NCBI RefSeq assembly: GCF_009914755.1
Contig: NC_060947.1
Origin: the human T2T-CHM13v2.0 reference genome, Homo sapiens
Direction: 5' to 3' (one strand)
Length of the DNA: 64,000 nt
The position numbers were made by a program, and so were the translations under genes. Below, piece by piece: positions 1 through 15,255 of the stretch. Each line of letters opens with the position of its first letter. The stretch's first letter is position 1. The notes beneath the pieces were generated by a model. That model ran no database searches. It was given only the letters and a program-made list of their open reading frames with translations, and had not been told where the DNA came from.

Positions 1-1377
1 TCCCACTTTGGCAGCACTTGAGGAGCCCTTCTGCCCGCCGCTGCACTGTGGGAGCCCCTTTCTGGGCTGGCCAAGGCCAGAGCTGGCTCCCTCAGCTTGC
101 AGGGAGGTGTGGAGGGAGAGGCGCCGGCGGGAACCAGGGCTGTCCGCGGTGCTTGCGGGCTAGCGCGAGTTCCGGGTGGGCGTGGGCTGGGCGGACCCTG
201 CACTCGGAGCAGCCAGCTGGCCCCACTGGCCCCGGGCAGTGAGGGGTTTAGCACCTGGGCCAGCAGCTGCTGTGCTCAATTTCTCGCGGGGCCTTAGCTC
301 CCTTCCCCAGGGGCAGGGCTCGGGACCTGCAGCCCGCCATGCCTGAGCCTCCCCCGCCTCCGTGTGCTCCTGTGCAGCCCGAGTCTCCCCGACGAGCGCC
401 GCCCCCTGCTCCACGGCAGGCAGTCCCATCGACCACCCAAGGGCTGAGGAGTGTGGGTGCACGGCACGGGACTGGCAGGCAGCTCCACCTGCAGCCCCAG
501 TGGGAGATCCACTGGGTAAAGCCACCTGAGCTCCTGAGTCTGGTGGGGATGTGGAGAACCTTTATGTCTAGCTCAGGGATTGTGAATGCACCAATCGGCA
601 TTCTATGTCTAGCTCAAGGTTTGTGAACATACCAATCAGCACCCTGTGTCTAGCTCAGGGTTTGTGAATGCACCAATCAACACTCTGTATCTAGCTACTC
701 TGGTGGAGCCTTGGAGAACCTTTATGTCTAACTCAGGGATTGTAAATACACCAATCGGCACTCTGTATCTAGCTCAAGGTTTGTAAAGACACCAATCAGC
801 ACCCTGTGTCTAGCTCAGGGTTTGTGAATGCACCAATCGACACTCTGTATCTAGCTACTCTGGTGGGGACTTGGAGAAGCTTTGTGTCCACAATCTGTAT
901 CTAGCTAATCCGGTGGGGACATGGAGAACCTTTGTGTCTAGCTCAGGGATTGTAAATGCACCAATCAGTGCCCTGTCAAAACAGACCACTCGGCTCTACC
1001 AATCAGCAGGATGTGGGTGGGGCCAGACAAGAGAATAAAAGCAGGCTGCCCGAGCCAGCAGTGGGAACCCACTTGGGTCCCCTTCCACAGTGTGGAAGCT
1101 TTGTTCTTTCGCTCTTTGCAATAAATCCTGCTGTTGCTCACTCTTTGGGTCCACACTGCCTTTATGAGCTGTAACATTCACCGCGAAGGTCTGCAGCTTC
1201 ACTCCTGAGCCAGCGAGATCACGAACCCACCAGAAGGAAGAAACTCCAAACACATCCGAACATCAGAAGGAACAAACTCCGGACACGCCGCCTTTAAGAA
1301 CTGTAACACTCACTGTGAGGGTCCGTGGCTTCATTCTTGAAGTCAGTGAGACCAAGAACCCACCAATTCCGGACACA
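1..1377 (+). mobile_element. LTR12 (ERV9 LTR, LTR12C-like), 5' end beyond the window
   Basis: GC/CpG-rich U3; tandem enhancer units (tctagctcaggg...caccaatc) at ~540-1000; AATAAAA TATA-like box at ~1034; ends in the canonical ...ccaccaattccggacaca at 1377. Confidence 0.93.
540..1005 (+). promoter_or_regulatory. LTR12 tandem CCAAT (NF-Y-type) enhancer repeats
   Basis: About 8 copies of CCAATC in ~40-bp units; known ERV9 U3 architecture. Confidence 0.8.
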
Positions 1378-1860
1378 ATACCTACTGCCTTTCTATCTGG
1401 CTTTAAGCTACCAGAGGCTTGGCTGGCCCAGAATTGCAACAGGATTCTTAGCAGTTTCTGAGAACGCAGCAGAGGTCCCCTACTCCCTAAGGGCATCTGG
1501 CCCAAGGCAGAGCCCCTTCCTGATGTAGAGTGGGTTCTGCTTGTTTCAGGTGGCTTCCTCCACCTCAGTACTATTCCTTTTACCCATGGAATCATGGTGC
1601 CATAGGACTTCTAATTTAATGTTTTAGATTGGGCAGAGGGGAAAGGCACATTCAGAGGCTATAGGATGTCTCTCTATCACTGTCAAGATTTGTCATGATT
1701 TCAACATAGAAATTGTGGCAGAAGGTAATTTCCCAGTGGATAGAGCCTTTCTTTTACTTTCCAACTCTCCTGAAAGTTCACCCTGAAATGCCAGTTCACA
1801 CAAAGACAACAACTAATCTGGCTTCCTGTTTTAAAGAACAAGGCTGGGTGGCTGGGACTG

Positions 1861-1900
1861 CAGAAATCCAGTGGGACATGCAGAAATCCAGTGGGACATG
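1861..1900. repeat. 20-bp perfect tandem duplication (cagaaatccagtgggacatg x2)
   Basis: Direct reading; degenerate partial copies on both sides. Confidence 0.9.
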
Positions 1901-2006
1901 AAGAAACCAGTAAGGAATAGATTTATGTGATAGCCCTCTTCCAGGGTGGGACAGTCTTCCACACAGGCCTGAGTCACCTTTAAGAAGTATTTGGTTTGGG
2001 AGGTGA

Positions 2007-2803
<797 letters not shown>

Positions 2804-2851
2804 TGAAATTATTCTAAGCTTCCAGAGCAATCTCGGGACATCATGATGAAA

Positions 2852-3152
2852 ATTTTATTTATTTATGTGTTTTAGAAATGGTCTCTGTGGCCCAGGCTGG
2901 AGCACTGTGACAGGATTATGGCTCACTGCAGCATCGGACTCCTGGGCTCATGTAACCCTCCTGCCTTGGCCTTTCGAGTAGCTAGGACTACAGGTGGATG
3001 CCACCATGACCACCTAATTTTTATTTTTTATTTTCTATAGAGATGGGGTCTTTGTAGCCCCGTCTGGTCTTGAACTTCTGGTCTCAAACAATCCTCCCAC
3101 CTCAGCCTACCAAAGTACTGAGATTACAGGTATAAGCCTCTGAGCCTGGCCT
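2852..3152 (-). mobile_element. AluJ-type element
   Basis: Antisense dimeric Alu with J-type motifs (tcctgggctca, gtagctaggactacagg). Confidence 0.85.
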
Positions 3153-4059
3153 GAAAATTTTAAAAGGATATATCAACAAGGCAGTTTTCAGCACCAGGTA
3201 GGAGTAGCCAAAGACTACTTTAAAGAAATCAGACTAAGGATTTTTCCCAAATCTCTTGCTCAGCCTCTTAGGTTTAGAACCTCAGACTTATGCCTACTTC
3301 TATTCTCACTCCTTACCAATACCCTAAGTCAGCCTCACTTCCCCAGATGCACAAAGGAACACTCATTTTTCCGAAGGTATACGTCTTGGTTTGTCCTCCA
3401 GAAAAATATTCTCAGTTCATTGTTCTTTTCCTGAGTCCTGGGAAACCTGAAGCTGTCAGGTCAGCTTCACTCAAAATTCCCAGCATTCCAAATACCACGA
3501 GGTTTCTCTTTTACCAGAATTTCTGTTGGCACTAATTCTCCACAATATTGATTTTTGAGGGCTCACCTTAGAATTTCACAGGCCAACGGCCTCTAGTTCC
3601 TTAAACAAAGAACCATGAAGAAGGGTATCTGCTGGGGAGGAAAACAAGACAGACATACCAAGAGACCAGCTGTGAAAATGCTAATGTGCACAAAGGGGAA
3701 AGAGAGATATTGTACATGCATAAGATTTTGCATTCTGTGTAAGATTTTCATTTAAGATGATCCAAAGGCCTATGGGAGAAGGATTGGATAGAGAGAAAGT
3801 GACTTTTTGCACAAAAGGTTAACAAAGCATATTAAGTTAAAGTTTTCCAAAGAGCCCTTCAAGCAAATGTGAGAAACTAGAGTATAACCCGTTGCTTAGC
3901 CTCAAGCACCTCACCCAGTTTAAAAAGAGGGGAAATAAATAACCTATTTGCCTAGCTGCCTTCAAAGAATCTCAAGCATCAGTCACTTCTATACTTCATT
4001 GTATTAATCATAATAAGCAGTATTCAGAGGATCCTGCATTATGAGGGTCATTCCTGACT

Positions 4060-4215
4060 AATATGGTTTTAATGTGTTCCTCAAAAAGCATGTGTTGGAA
4101 ACTTAATCCCCAATGCAACAGTGTTGGGAGATGGAGCTTAGGGGGAAGTAACTAGGCCATGAGGCTTTTGCTCTCATGAGTGGATAAATGCTGTTATTGC
4201 AGGAGTAGGTTCCAG
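4060..4215 (+). mobile_element. MaLR LTR 5' fragment (MST/MLT1A-like)
   Basis: atatggttttaatgtgttcc...catgtgttggaaacttaatccccaatgcaacagtgttggga motif. Confidence 0.7.
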
Positions 4216-4242
4216 TGGGCTCTTTATCATGGAAATGGTGTC

Positions 4243-4612
4243 CTTCTGTCACCTAGGCTGGATTGCAGTGGCTTGATCATGGCTGACTGCAGCTTCGACT
4301 TCCCAAGTAGCTGGGACTAGAGGTGTGTGCTGCCACACTCGGCTAATTTTTTGTATTTTTAGTAGAGACAGGATTTCACCATGTTAGCCAGACTGGTCCT
4401 GAACTCCTGACCTCAGGTGATTCTCCCACCTCGGCCTCCCAAAGTGCCAGGATTACAGGTATCAGTCACCGCACCAAGCCTGTTTTCATTTTTAGATCCC
4501 ACAAATAAGTGAGAACATGCCATGTTTCTCTTTCTATGCCTGCTTTATTTCACTTAACATAATGATCTTCAGTTCCATCCATGTGGTTGCAAATGACAGA
4601 ATCTCATTCTTT
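4243..4612. repeat. Composite local duplication (Alu piece from 2067-2120 plus Alu/L1 junction from ~4975-5280)
   Basis: Near-identical sequence pairs read directly. Confidence 0.8.
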
Positions 4613-6205
<1,593 letters not shown>

Positions 6206-7785
6206 ATGAACTTTTAATGTCATTGTCTGCTTATGTTATCTATGTCATTTCTCAATGAATTTTAATCCATTGATTTTTAAAATCTATTTTTTATTGACAG
6301 ATAATAATTGTGCATATTTATGGGATACAATATGATGTTTTGATCTATATATTCTCCCTAGTGGACATATTCTCCATTTTCTTTGCGTGTCGGGCAATTA
6401 GATTGTATGCCAAGTATTGTGAATTTGGCCTCGCTCACATTTGTACAGCATAAGTGTGCTGGATATTTATTTTTTAAATAGATTCATATTCTTATACTTT
6501 GTTCTGTGACTCAGTTAAGTTTGTTCAAAATGCTATGACCCTGATAATTCTTGCTTTTAAAGTTTCTTAGGTGTGACCAGAGCTTCATAAATCTAGGACT
6601 AATCTCGCATCACTACAGAGATTAACCCCTTCTGAGTACTCTCCCTCTCTCTCTCTAGTCTGTCTCTCTCATGTTCTGGGCATGACATGATTTTACATTG
6701 GCTGCGAGAACAGGAACCCCCTAGGTAGGCTGGAATTCTCTCTCTGTGAAACTTTTTCCTCACAGATACTTTGTGCTAGGAACTCTAGACATCGGATCCT
6801 CCTCTCACCGTCAGCTTCATCTCCTCAACAACAGAAGATGGCCAGGTTTCAAATGAGCTACCCCTCCCTGCACTGCAGGCTCAAGGCAGCAAGCTGGGGA
6901 AGTTACAGGCTCACCTTCTTTTCAGTCTCACAGGAATCACTGTCTTTTGTTGCCGGATGTCCACTATATTAAAAATTGACATAGATATGTTGTCATTTTT
7001 ATCTATTTTTTAAAGTTGTTTTAGGTATGTTGTTAAATCTATCCCTTTTAATTATTCTTTTCCAGAAGTATAAGTAGTATAACCCAAATTTAAAACCTAA
7101 ATTATTATGGCACGTGAATGTCCCCAAACTGCAAGCTAATCAACAGTTGAAGAACATTAGAGCAAAAACTTGAGTACAGAGATTGTGGGCCACACACACT
7201 CATACCTACATACACGTAATAAGTATGTATGTTTGTGTGTGTACCTATATGTTTATATAGATGGATTAACATATAAGTAGGAGAGTATAAACCAGCAGTT
7301 TATACTTCACTGTGACAGGGCAGCACCAAATTTAATGTAAAATCCTCCAGTCACCCAGTCACTGCGTTCTCTCCCCACAGTGCACAGATTCTCTCTCTGC
7401 ACTGCATGGCTACTGTGGGGAAGGGTGGGGGGTGGAAGAGGCTGGGTGAGGGGTAACAGTGTTTCAAGACTCTCTCTTCTGCTTTCCTCAATGCCCCTTT
7501 CAGTGATAGGAATTTAAAACCAGGTATTGTGATTGCTCACCTGATTTTTGGTTCCAGAGTATAAACTGCTATAAACTAGTTTATACTCTGGAATAACTGT
7601 TATAAAGGAATATCAACAATGTTCCTTTTCTGATCATGTAAATTTGTGATTAATTATTTAAGCTTTCAAGATTTTCCAAAAGAGATGAAACATAGACTTT
7701 ATTATAAAATGCTATAAATATTCAAAATATGATATAGATACCTGTACTAGTAAGAGTTATCCAGAGAAACAGAACCAATAGGAGG

Positions 7786-7786
<1 letters not shown>

Positions 7787-7828
<42 letters not shown>

Positions 7829-7840
7829 ATGGATAGACAG
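7787..7840. repeat. (GATA)n tetranucleotide microsatellite at an MLT2-type LTR start
   Basis: About 10 perfect TAGA units after tccagagaaacagaaccaatagg. Confidence 0.9.
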
Positions 7841-7854
7841 ATATTCTATTTGCT

Positions 7855-8140
7855 GGTTGGGTATTTGAGGTGATTAGGTCATGAGGGCAGAACCTTCGTG
7901 ATTGGAATTGGTGCTCTTATAAAAGCAATCCCAGAGCGCTTCTTTATCCCTTCTTTCATGTGAGGAGACAGTGAGAAGATGGCCATCTATGAACAAGGAA
8001 GCACGCCTTCACCAGAAACCAAATCTGCCAGTGCCTCCATTTTGTACTTCCCAGCCTCCAGAACTGTGGTAAATAATTATCTATTGTTTAAAACCACCCT
8101 ATGGTATACCTATGGTATTCTGTTATAGCCGCCAAAATTT
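7855..8140 (+). mobile_element. MLT1A-type MaLR LTR
   Basis: gtgattaggtcatgagggcagaacc...cttcccagcctccagaactgtg...tgttatagc. Confidence 0.75.
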
Positions 8141-8239
8141 ATTAAAATAAATATAAATATATATATATGGAAAACATATATAGAGATGACACAGATATAG
8201 GTAATATAGATGTAGATATATCAATAGACAGGGAAAGAT

Positions 8240-10200
<1,961 letters not shown>

Positions 10201-10699
10201 ATATGTGTTGGCAATATCATTATCTGCAAAGTCAATGTCAGAAACCTCAAAAGACTAGGGACTCACAAAATCATTTGGCTCAGCCTCTTCGCTGTAGCAA
10301 GTAGATATATTTGAACAGAAGTTACATAAGAAGCTAAGTCTGCCTAGTGACAAGAAGGTATGTATCAGCAACGGTTTTCTTTTTTTTTTTTTCTCTCTGA
10401 AAGCACACCTGTCCAGAGCTTTCTGCTTTGTGCTTCAGATTTCCCATCTCACATCATTCTTAGGACACATCCTATTCTCTGCAACGTTTGCAGAGGGAAA
10501 ACTAATGAAGAGTTTGGAATGATGTGGCATTTCTCCAGAAGCCTCTCATAGAAAGTGTAGAAACCAAAATGAAGACTCTGACGAATGAGAAGTAAAGAAA
10601 CAAGCACCCCATAGTAAATGGAGTAACAGAGATCAGACTGTGTCTGCTTTTAGACCTGGAAGACTGAAGCAGGACTGTTAGGCTATTTCTCACTTATTG

Positions 10700-12339
10700 T
10701 TCAGTGTTCTCAGGAACATAAGAGCCTTAGTCTACATGAGTGACCTAAAGTTGAAAGAAGAAACTCAAGTCCTGTAAAGAGTCAAGGTGAGGACCCTGAG
10801 TAAGGACTGAGGGCAGACCTCTACCCTCCACAGAGATAGCCCCAAGGAGCCTGAATCTTGATGTCATCCCTGGGAGGGCACAGACAGGTGGCATTTCCTG
10901 TTTTCATTCTGGGACCTCAAGGAGTGGGAACCTCGTTCTAAGGTTTTGAGACTTAGACAGTAGAGGGAAATGTTCCATGCCCTGCCAGGAATCAAATGCA
11001 TGAGTGATGACTGAGGGGACCACAGACCCTATAGTAGGGAGGTGGCACAGGACCTCCCCCTGCCATCAACCCTGAGAGGCCTTGGGCAGGGCTGTCAGGC
11101 TGACTTCTGCAAGAAGGGTTTCAGAGATATGAGGGCTTAGTCTGAGGGGAGGGTCCTCAAGTCAACAAAAAGTCCAAGGCCCTGCCATGAGTTAAGGTGA
11201 TGGTCCCTAGTTAGGACTTAGGAAACCCTCTACCCTCAGAACTAAGAGAACCACACGGAGCCCCACCCTTACTGGCAGCCCTGGAATACATGGGCATTGT
11301 TGACATGATGTGACATACTTCCTCGTATGATGTCACAAGGAAGTAAGGAAGTTGGTCTGATTGTGAGTTAAGGTCAGCAGCTAGAGGATTTCCAGGTTTC
11401 TCCAGAGGCCACAGTAAGTACGTTAATAACTGAGGGGACCACATACACTATGAGTGGGAACACCACAGAATTCAACTGTTACTCTCAGCCTTGGGACAAC
11501 GAGGACAGGTAAGAACAAATGAGAACAGGTGAGAAGACCCTCACGTTCCCCATAGGGCATGTTTCAGGGTTGTTTTGTCTTTAGTATGAGGGGATAAGCA
11601 TTAGGAAGGGAAGGAGAAGTTCCACACCCTACCAGAGGTCAAAGCAAGTGCTAAAGGAACAATCTACCACTAAATAGAAGAGTTAAAAAAGAATCTGGCC
11701 CTACCCTGGTTTCAGTACTTGAAGGGCCAGGGCAGGGTTGTGAAGTTGAAGCTCTCCACCACCTCTTTATGTCAGGTCTATGGGAGGTGAGATCCTTAGT
11801 CTGAAGGTGCAGTAGTCACCATTCAAATGAAGGGAGTTGGGCTCCTAGGCCCTATATGCCAATGTAAGGACCCCAAGTGAGGACTGAGGATCCCAGAAAG
11901 GCCAGGACAGAAAATAATCTACTCAGCAGTCAGCACCGTGGGCACTCAGACAGCAGTGATAAGCTGAGGACCCCCTTCACATCCTTCTTATGGGTCCCAG
12001 GGAGGTTTGTAATATAACTTCAGAGGAAATGGTTCTCATGACCTGCCACCAGTTGGCATGATTGTCTTGAATGTGAAGTAAAAGGACCCCTCAACTCAGA
12101 AGACTGGCAGCCACTATGTCACCTTAATATGCCTGAGGCAGGGCTGCCAGGCTAAAGCCTATGGTTCCGTCTAACTTCCTCCAAAGGTTTCCCAAGGGGC
12201 ACATTGATCAGGAGAACAGAATCCCAGTGGGTTCCTAGAGCAGTTCCGTCATGGAAAACTGCAAATGTTGTTTTTATTATAACCATGGTAGAATTTCCAC
12301 GTTGAAGGTGCACAGACCCTCTCAATCTTCCTCCTCCAG
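10700..12339 (+). promoter_or_regulatory. MAGE-type 5' region: repeated promoter/first-exon modules and the splice acceptor of the coding exon
   Basis: Repeated gtcaaggtgaggaccctgagtgaggactga-like modules (~10780, 10990, 11190, 11410, 11860); polypyrimidine tract plus AG at 12338-12339. Confidence 0.7.
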
Positions 12340-12611
12340 TGGGCTCTCTTGACCCGTTCTCCTACTCATTCTCCTGCCTGCTGTCCTTTATCAGAGTCAA
12401 CATGTCTCAGGATCAGAACAGTAAGCTCCACACTTGTGAGAAACACTACCAGATCCAAGATGACTCTCTGCTTCAGAGTGGAGCTCAGGCCAGTGAATAA
12501 GTGGAAGATGATCCCCTCCCCACTTCCTCTCCTATTCTTGGGGATATTCCCCAGAGCTCATCTGCTGCTGAGTCAAGTGGCACTTCCCAGGAGCCTTGCG
12601 AATCCAGCACC

Positions 12612-13439
12612 ATGACTTCTGCAGGTGTTTTTAATGCAGGATCTGACGAAAGGGCTAACAGTAGAGATGAGGAGTACCCATGTTCCTCAGAGGTCTCACC
12701 CTCCACTGAGAGTTCATGCAGCAATTTCATAAATATTAAGGTGGGTTTGTTGGAGCAGTTCCTGCTCTACAAGTTCAAAATGAAACAGCGTATTTTGAAG
12801 GAAGATATGCTGAAGATTGTCAACCCAAGATACCAAAACCAGTTTGCTGAGATTCACAGAAGAGCTTCTGAGCACATTGAGGTTGTCTTTGCAGTTGACT
12901 TGAAGGAAGTCAACCCAACTTGTCACTTATATGACCTTGTCAGCAAGCTGAAACTCCCCAACAATGGGAGGATTCATGTTGGCAAAGTGTTACCCAAGAC
13001 TGGTCTCCTCATGACTTTCCTGGTTGTGATCTTCCTGAAAGGCAACTGTGCCAACAAGGAAGATACCTGGAAATTTCTGGATATGATGCAAATATATGAT
13101 GGGAAGAAGTACTACATCTATGGAGAGCCCAGGAAGCTCATCACTCAGGATTTCGTGAGGCTAACGTACCTGGAGTACCACCAGGTGCCCTGCAGTTATC
13201 CTGCACACTATCAATTCCTTTGGGGTCCAAGAGCCTATACTGAAACCAGCAAGATGAAAGTCCTGGAATATTTGGCCAAGGTCAATGATATTGCTCCAGG
13301 TGCCTTCTCATCACAATATGAAGAGGCTTTGCAAGATGAGGAAGAGAGCCCAAGCCAGAGATGCAGCCGAAACTGGCACTACTGCAGTGGCCAAGACTGT
13401 CTCAGGGCGAAGTTCAGCAGCTTCTCTCAACCCTATTGA
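12612..13439 (+). CDS. MAGEB5: Melanoma-associated antigen B5 (cancer/testis antigen), 275 aa, single coding exon
   Basis: MTSAGVFNAGSDERANSRDEE...; MAGE homology domain motifs (FLLYKFKMKQ, PKTGLL, YGEPRKLIT, YQFLWGPRAY, TSKMKVLEYLAK); ACCATGA start context; matches my recall of MAGEB5. Confidence 0.9.
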   Translation: MTSAGVFNAGSDERANSRDEEYPCSSEVSPSTESSCSNFINIKVGLLEQFLLYKFKMKQRILKEDMLKIVNPRYQNQFAEIHRRASEHIEVVFAVDLKEVNPTCHLYDLVSKLKLPNNGRIHVGKVLPKTGLLMTFLVVIFLKGNCANKEDTWKFLDMMQIYDGKKYYIYGEPRKLITQDFVRLTYLEYHQVPCSYPAHYQFLWGPRAYTETSKMKVLEYLAKVNDIAPGAFSSQYEEALQDEEESPSQRCSRNWHYCSGQDCLRAKFSSFSQPY

Positions 13440-13554
13440 AGTCTGAAGCTTTTTTCATCCAGTCAAGCAAATATAACATCACCAAAAGGGATTTTTTTTG
13501 GAAATACAAAAGAACCCCCAGTAAAATAATTGAGATAATGAAATAGAAAAAAAT

Positions 13555-13560
13555 AATAAA
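13555..13560 (+). terminator. Candidate MAGEB5 polyadenylation signal
   Basis: AATAAA followed by a GT/T-rich tract; same position conserved in the paralog (20111-20116). Confidence 0.6.
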
Positions 13561-14129
13561 ACATGATCTTGGTTTTCTTCATTCCTTTCAGTCTTTTGTT
13601 TTATAAAATTAAATTAAAATTTATACCTTGATATGTTTAGCTTAACAATGTAGGATAAATTAAATTTAATAAGTTAGATCTCTTGCTCACTCTCTCTCAT
13701 ATTCCCCAAACATCATTTGAGTACCTGCTTTTTGGAAGGCTCTGTAACAGTACCGGAGCTGCTCAGATAAAGGCCCAGCTTCTGCCCATAGAATCTTTGA
13801 GGCTAAAAGCTGCAGTCATATAAAGTAAATGTTGAGCCACCCTCTATGACTTACAGGAAAGTAGAAAGGATCGATGAGAAGGGGGCATTCCAGTTGAGAG
13901 CAGTAAAGCATAAATTTCATGAGGCAAGACAGTTTGAGTTTTAGGAAACTGAAAGTCAATGTGTTGTAATTTTTAAATTAATTGCATGGGGGTGCTAGAT
14001 GAGGTTATGAAATTGGTAAACAGAGGTCAGAACCCTCAGATGATGCATTTCAAAGTTGAGAGAGAAAACCCTTTAATGGAAAACTGAACTATAGTGTAAA
14101 GCCCAAAATTAAGGCCTAATACTATATAC

Positions 14130-14790
14130 TGCCAGGCAGGCTAAGAGCTCCCCTTCTAATGCTGCTTGCCTAAGACAGGGTCCCATAGCTGTAGTGTATC
14201 CCTTATCTTTTTTCCTATCTATTGGAAGAGGGGGCTCAGGCAAAACCTCTGTCTCCTCTTTGTTATTTTGGCCCGGTGATAGTGGGGCTGAGGGATAAGG
14301 AGGCAGTAAGGTAGGTGATGGTTCCTCTTCCCTCCCCTTTTTAGGCTCTTCTGTGTATAACGGGACCAAAGCCACCCTAACTAAAGCCCATAATGTTAAA
14401 GATGTTACTGGGACCCGTTGCCCTTGCACATGATGCTGTTTAAGATTTCTCCCACTTGTTCCCAGAGCTCTACATCTAGCATACCTTCTTCTGGGAACCA
14501 TGGGTTATGAGATACAACAGTTTGCATTAGGTCCCTTAATTGAGCCTGTGAAACCAAGCCTCCACTAGCTTTAAGCAGCTGTTTCAATACTTTTATATAC
14601 TGTTTCTTTTGAGCTGATAACTGTTGTCCCATGATGAAACCCTAGCCTGAACAATTCCCTCGAACTTGGAAATCCTGAGCAGGCACCGATGACTTACTGA
14701 TTTACTGACTTACTGACTGCACAGTCTCCTTACCTTTGTTTTGGAGGGTTCCTTCATGATTTGTTGCAGCATTCCTCTCACAGGGCACCA
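14130..14790 (-). mobile_element. HERV-K(HML-5)/HERVK22 internal remnant: PBS, leader and frameshifted gag matrix
   Basis: PBS tggtgccctgtgagagg (tRNA-Met-like) at 14773-14790; MGQQLSAQ..YIKVLKQLL..PWFPEEG betaretroviral matrix from 14632; PPPY late-domain motif in the shifted frame. Confidence 0.85.
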
Positions 14791-14792
14791 CC

Positions 14793-15255
14793 TGCCGGGG
14801 TCTGACCCGCAGACCATGGCCAAATGATGGATGAAAGAATGCACTCAGACACAGACATCCAGTGAAAGAGTGGGCTAGGGGACCGGCCACGCACAGACCC
14901 CACGGAGGGTGCTGTAAAGAGTCAGCAGCTGCAGCTGCTGGTGCTGCAGGCATTTATTCAGCACAGATTTAATGAGAAAGGCTTTGAGACAACACACTTG
15001 TGGATAATTAACATGGTGGCCCCTCTGGAGAGAGCAGTCCTGCACATGGATGATTAAAGGCCAGGTTCCGAGGCCTAAGTAAATTAACTTATCTAGATCA
15101 GTTTCTTTACATCCCCTTGTTATCTAACCTAAGCTCTTAAGAGAACTCAGCTGCCTTCAGCCAAATTTTCTTTCGAAGCTTTGCAAACCCCTGGCTTTCC
15201 AAGAAGGTTTGCATCTTTCTACAATTTTTCCCACCACCCTGACTGATCTCCTACA
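14793..15255 (-). mobile_element. LTR22-family 5' LTR of HML-5
   Basis: Minus strand reads tgtaggagatcagtcagggtgg...cgggtcagaccccggca, directly followed by the PBS. Confidence 0.85.

Noticed and set aside
540-1000. Regularly spaced repeats resembling a CRISPR-like array
   Set aside because: These are the standard LTR12/ERV9 U3 enhancer repeats; there are no unique spacers and the DNA is mammalian
18-1595. Many overlapping GC-rich ORFs
   Set aside because: Chance ORFs within LTR12
12501-12611. 312-aa ORF start at GTG 12501
   Set aside because: Artefact of allowing bacterial start codons; it is simply the codon after the premature TAA, and the first ATG is 12612
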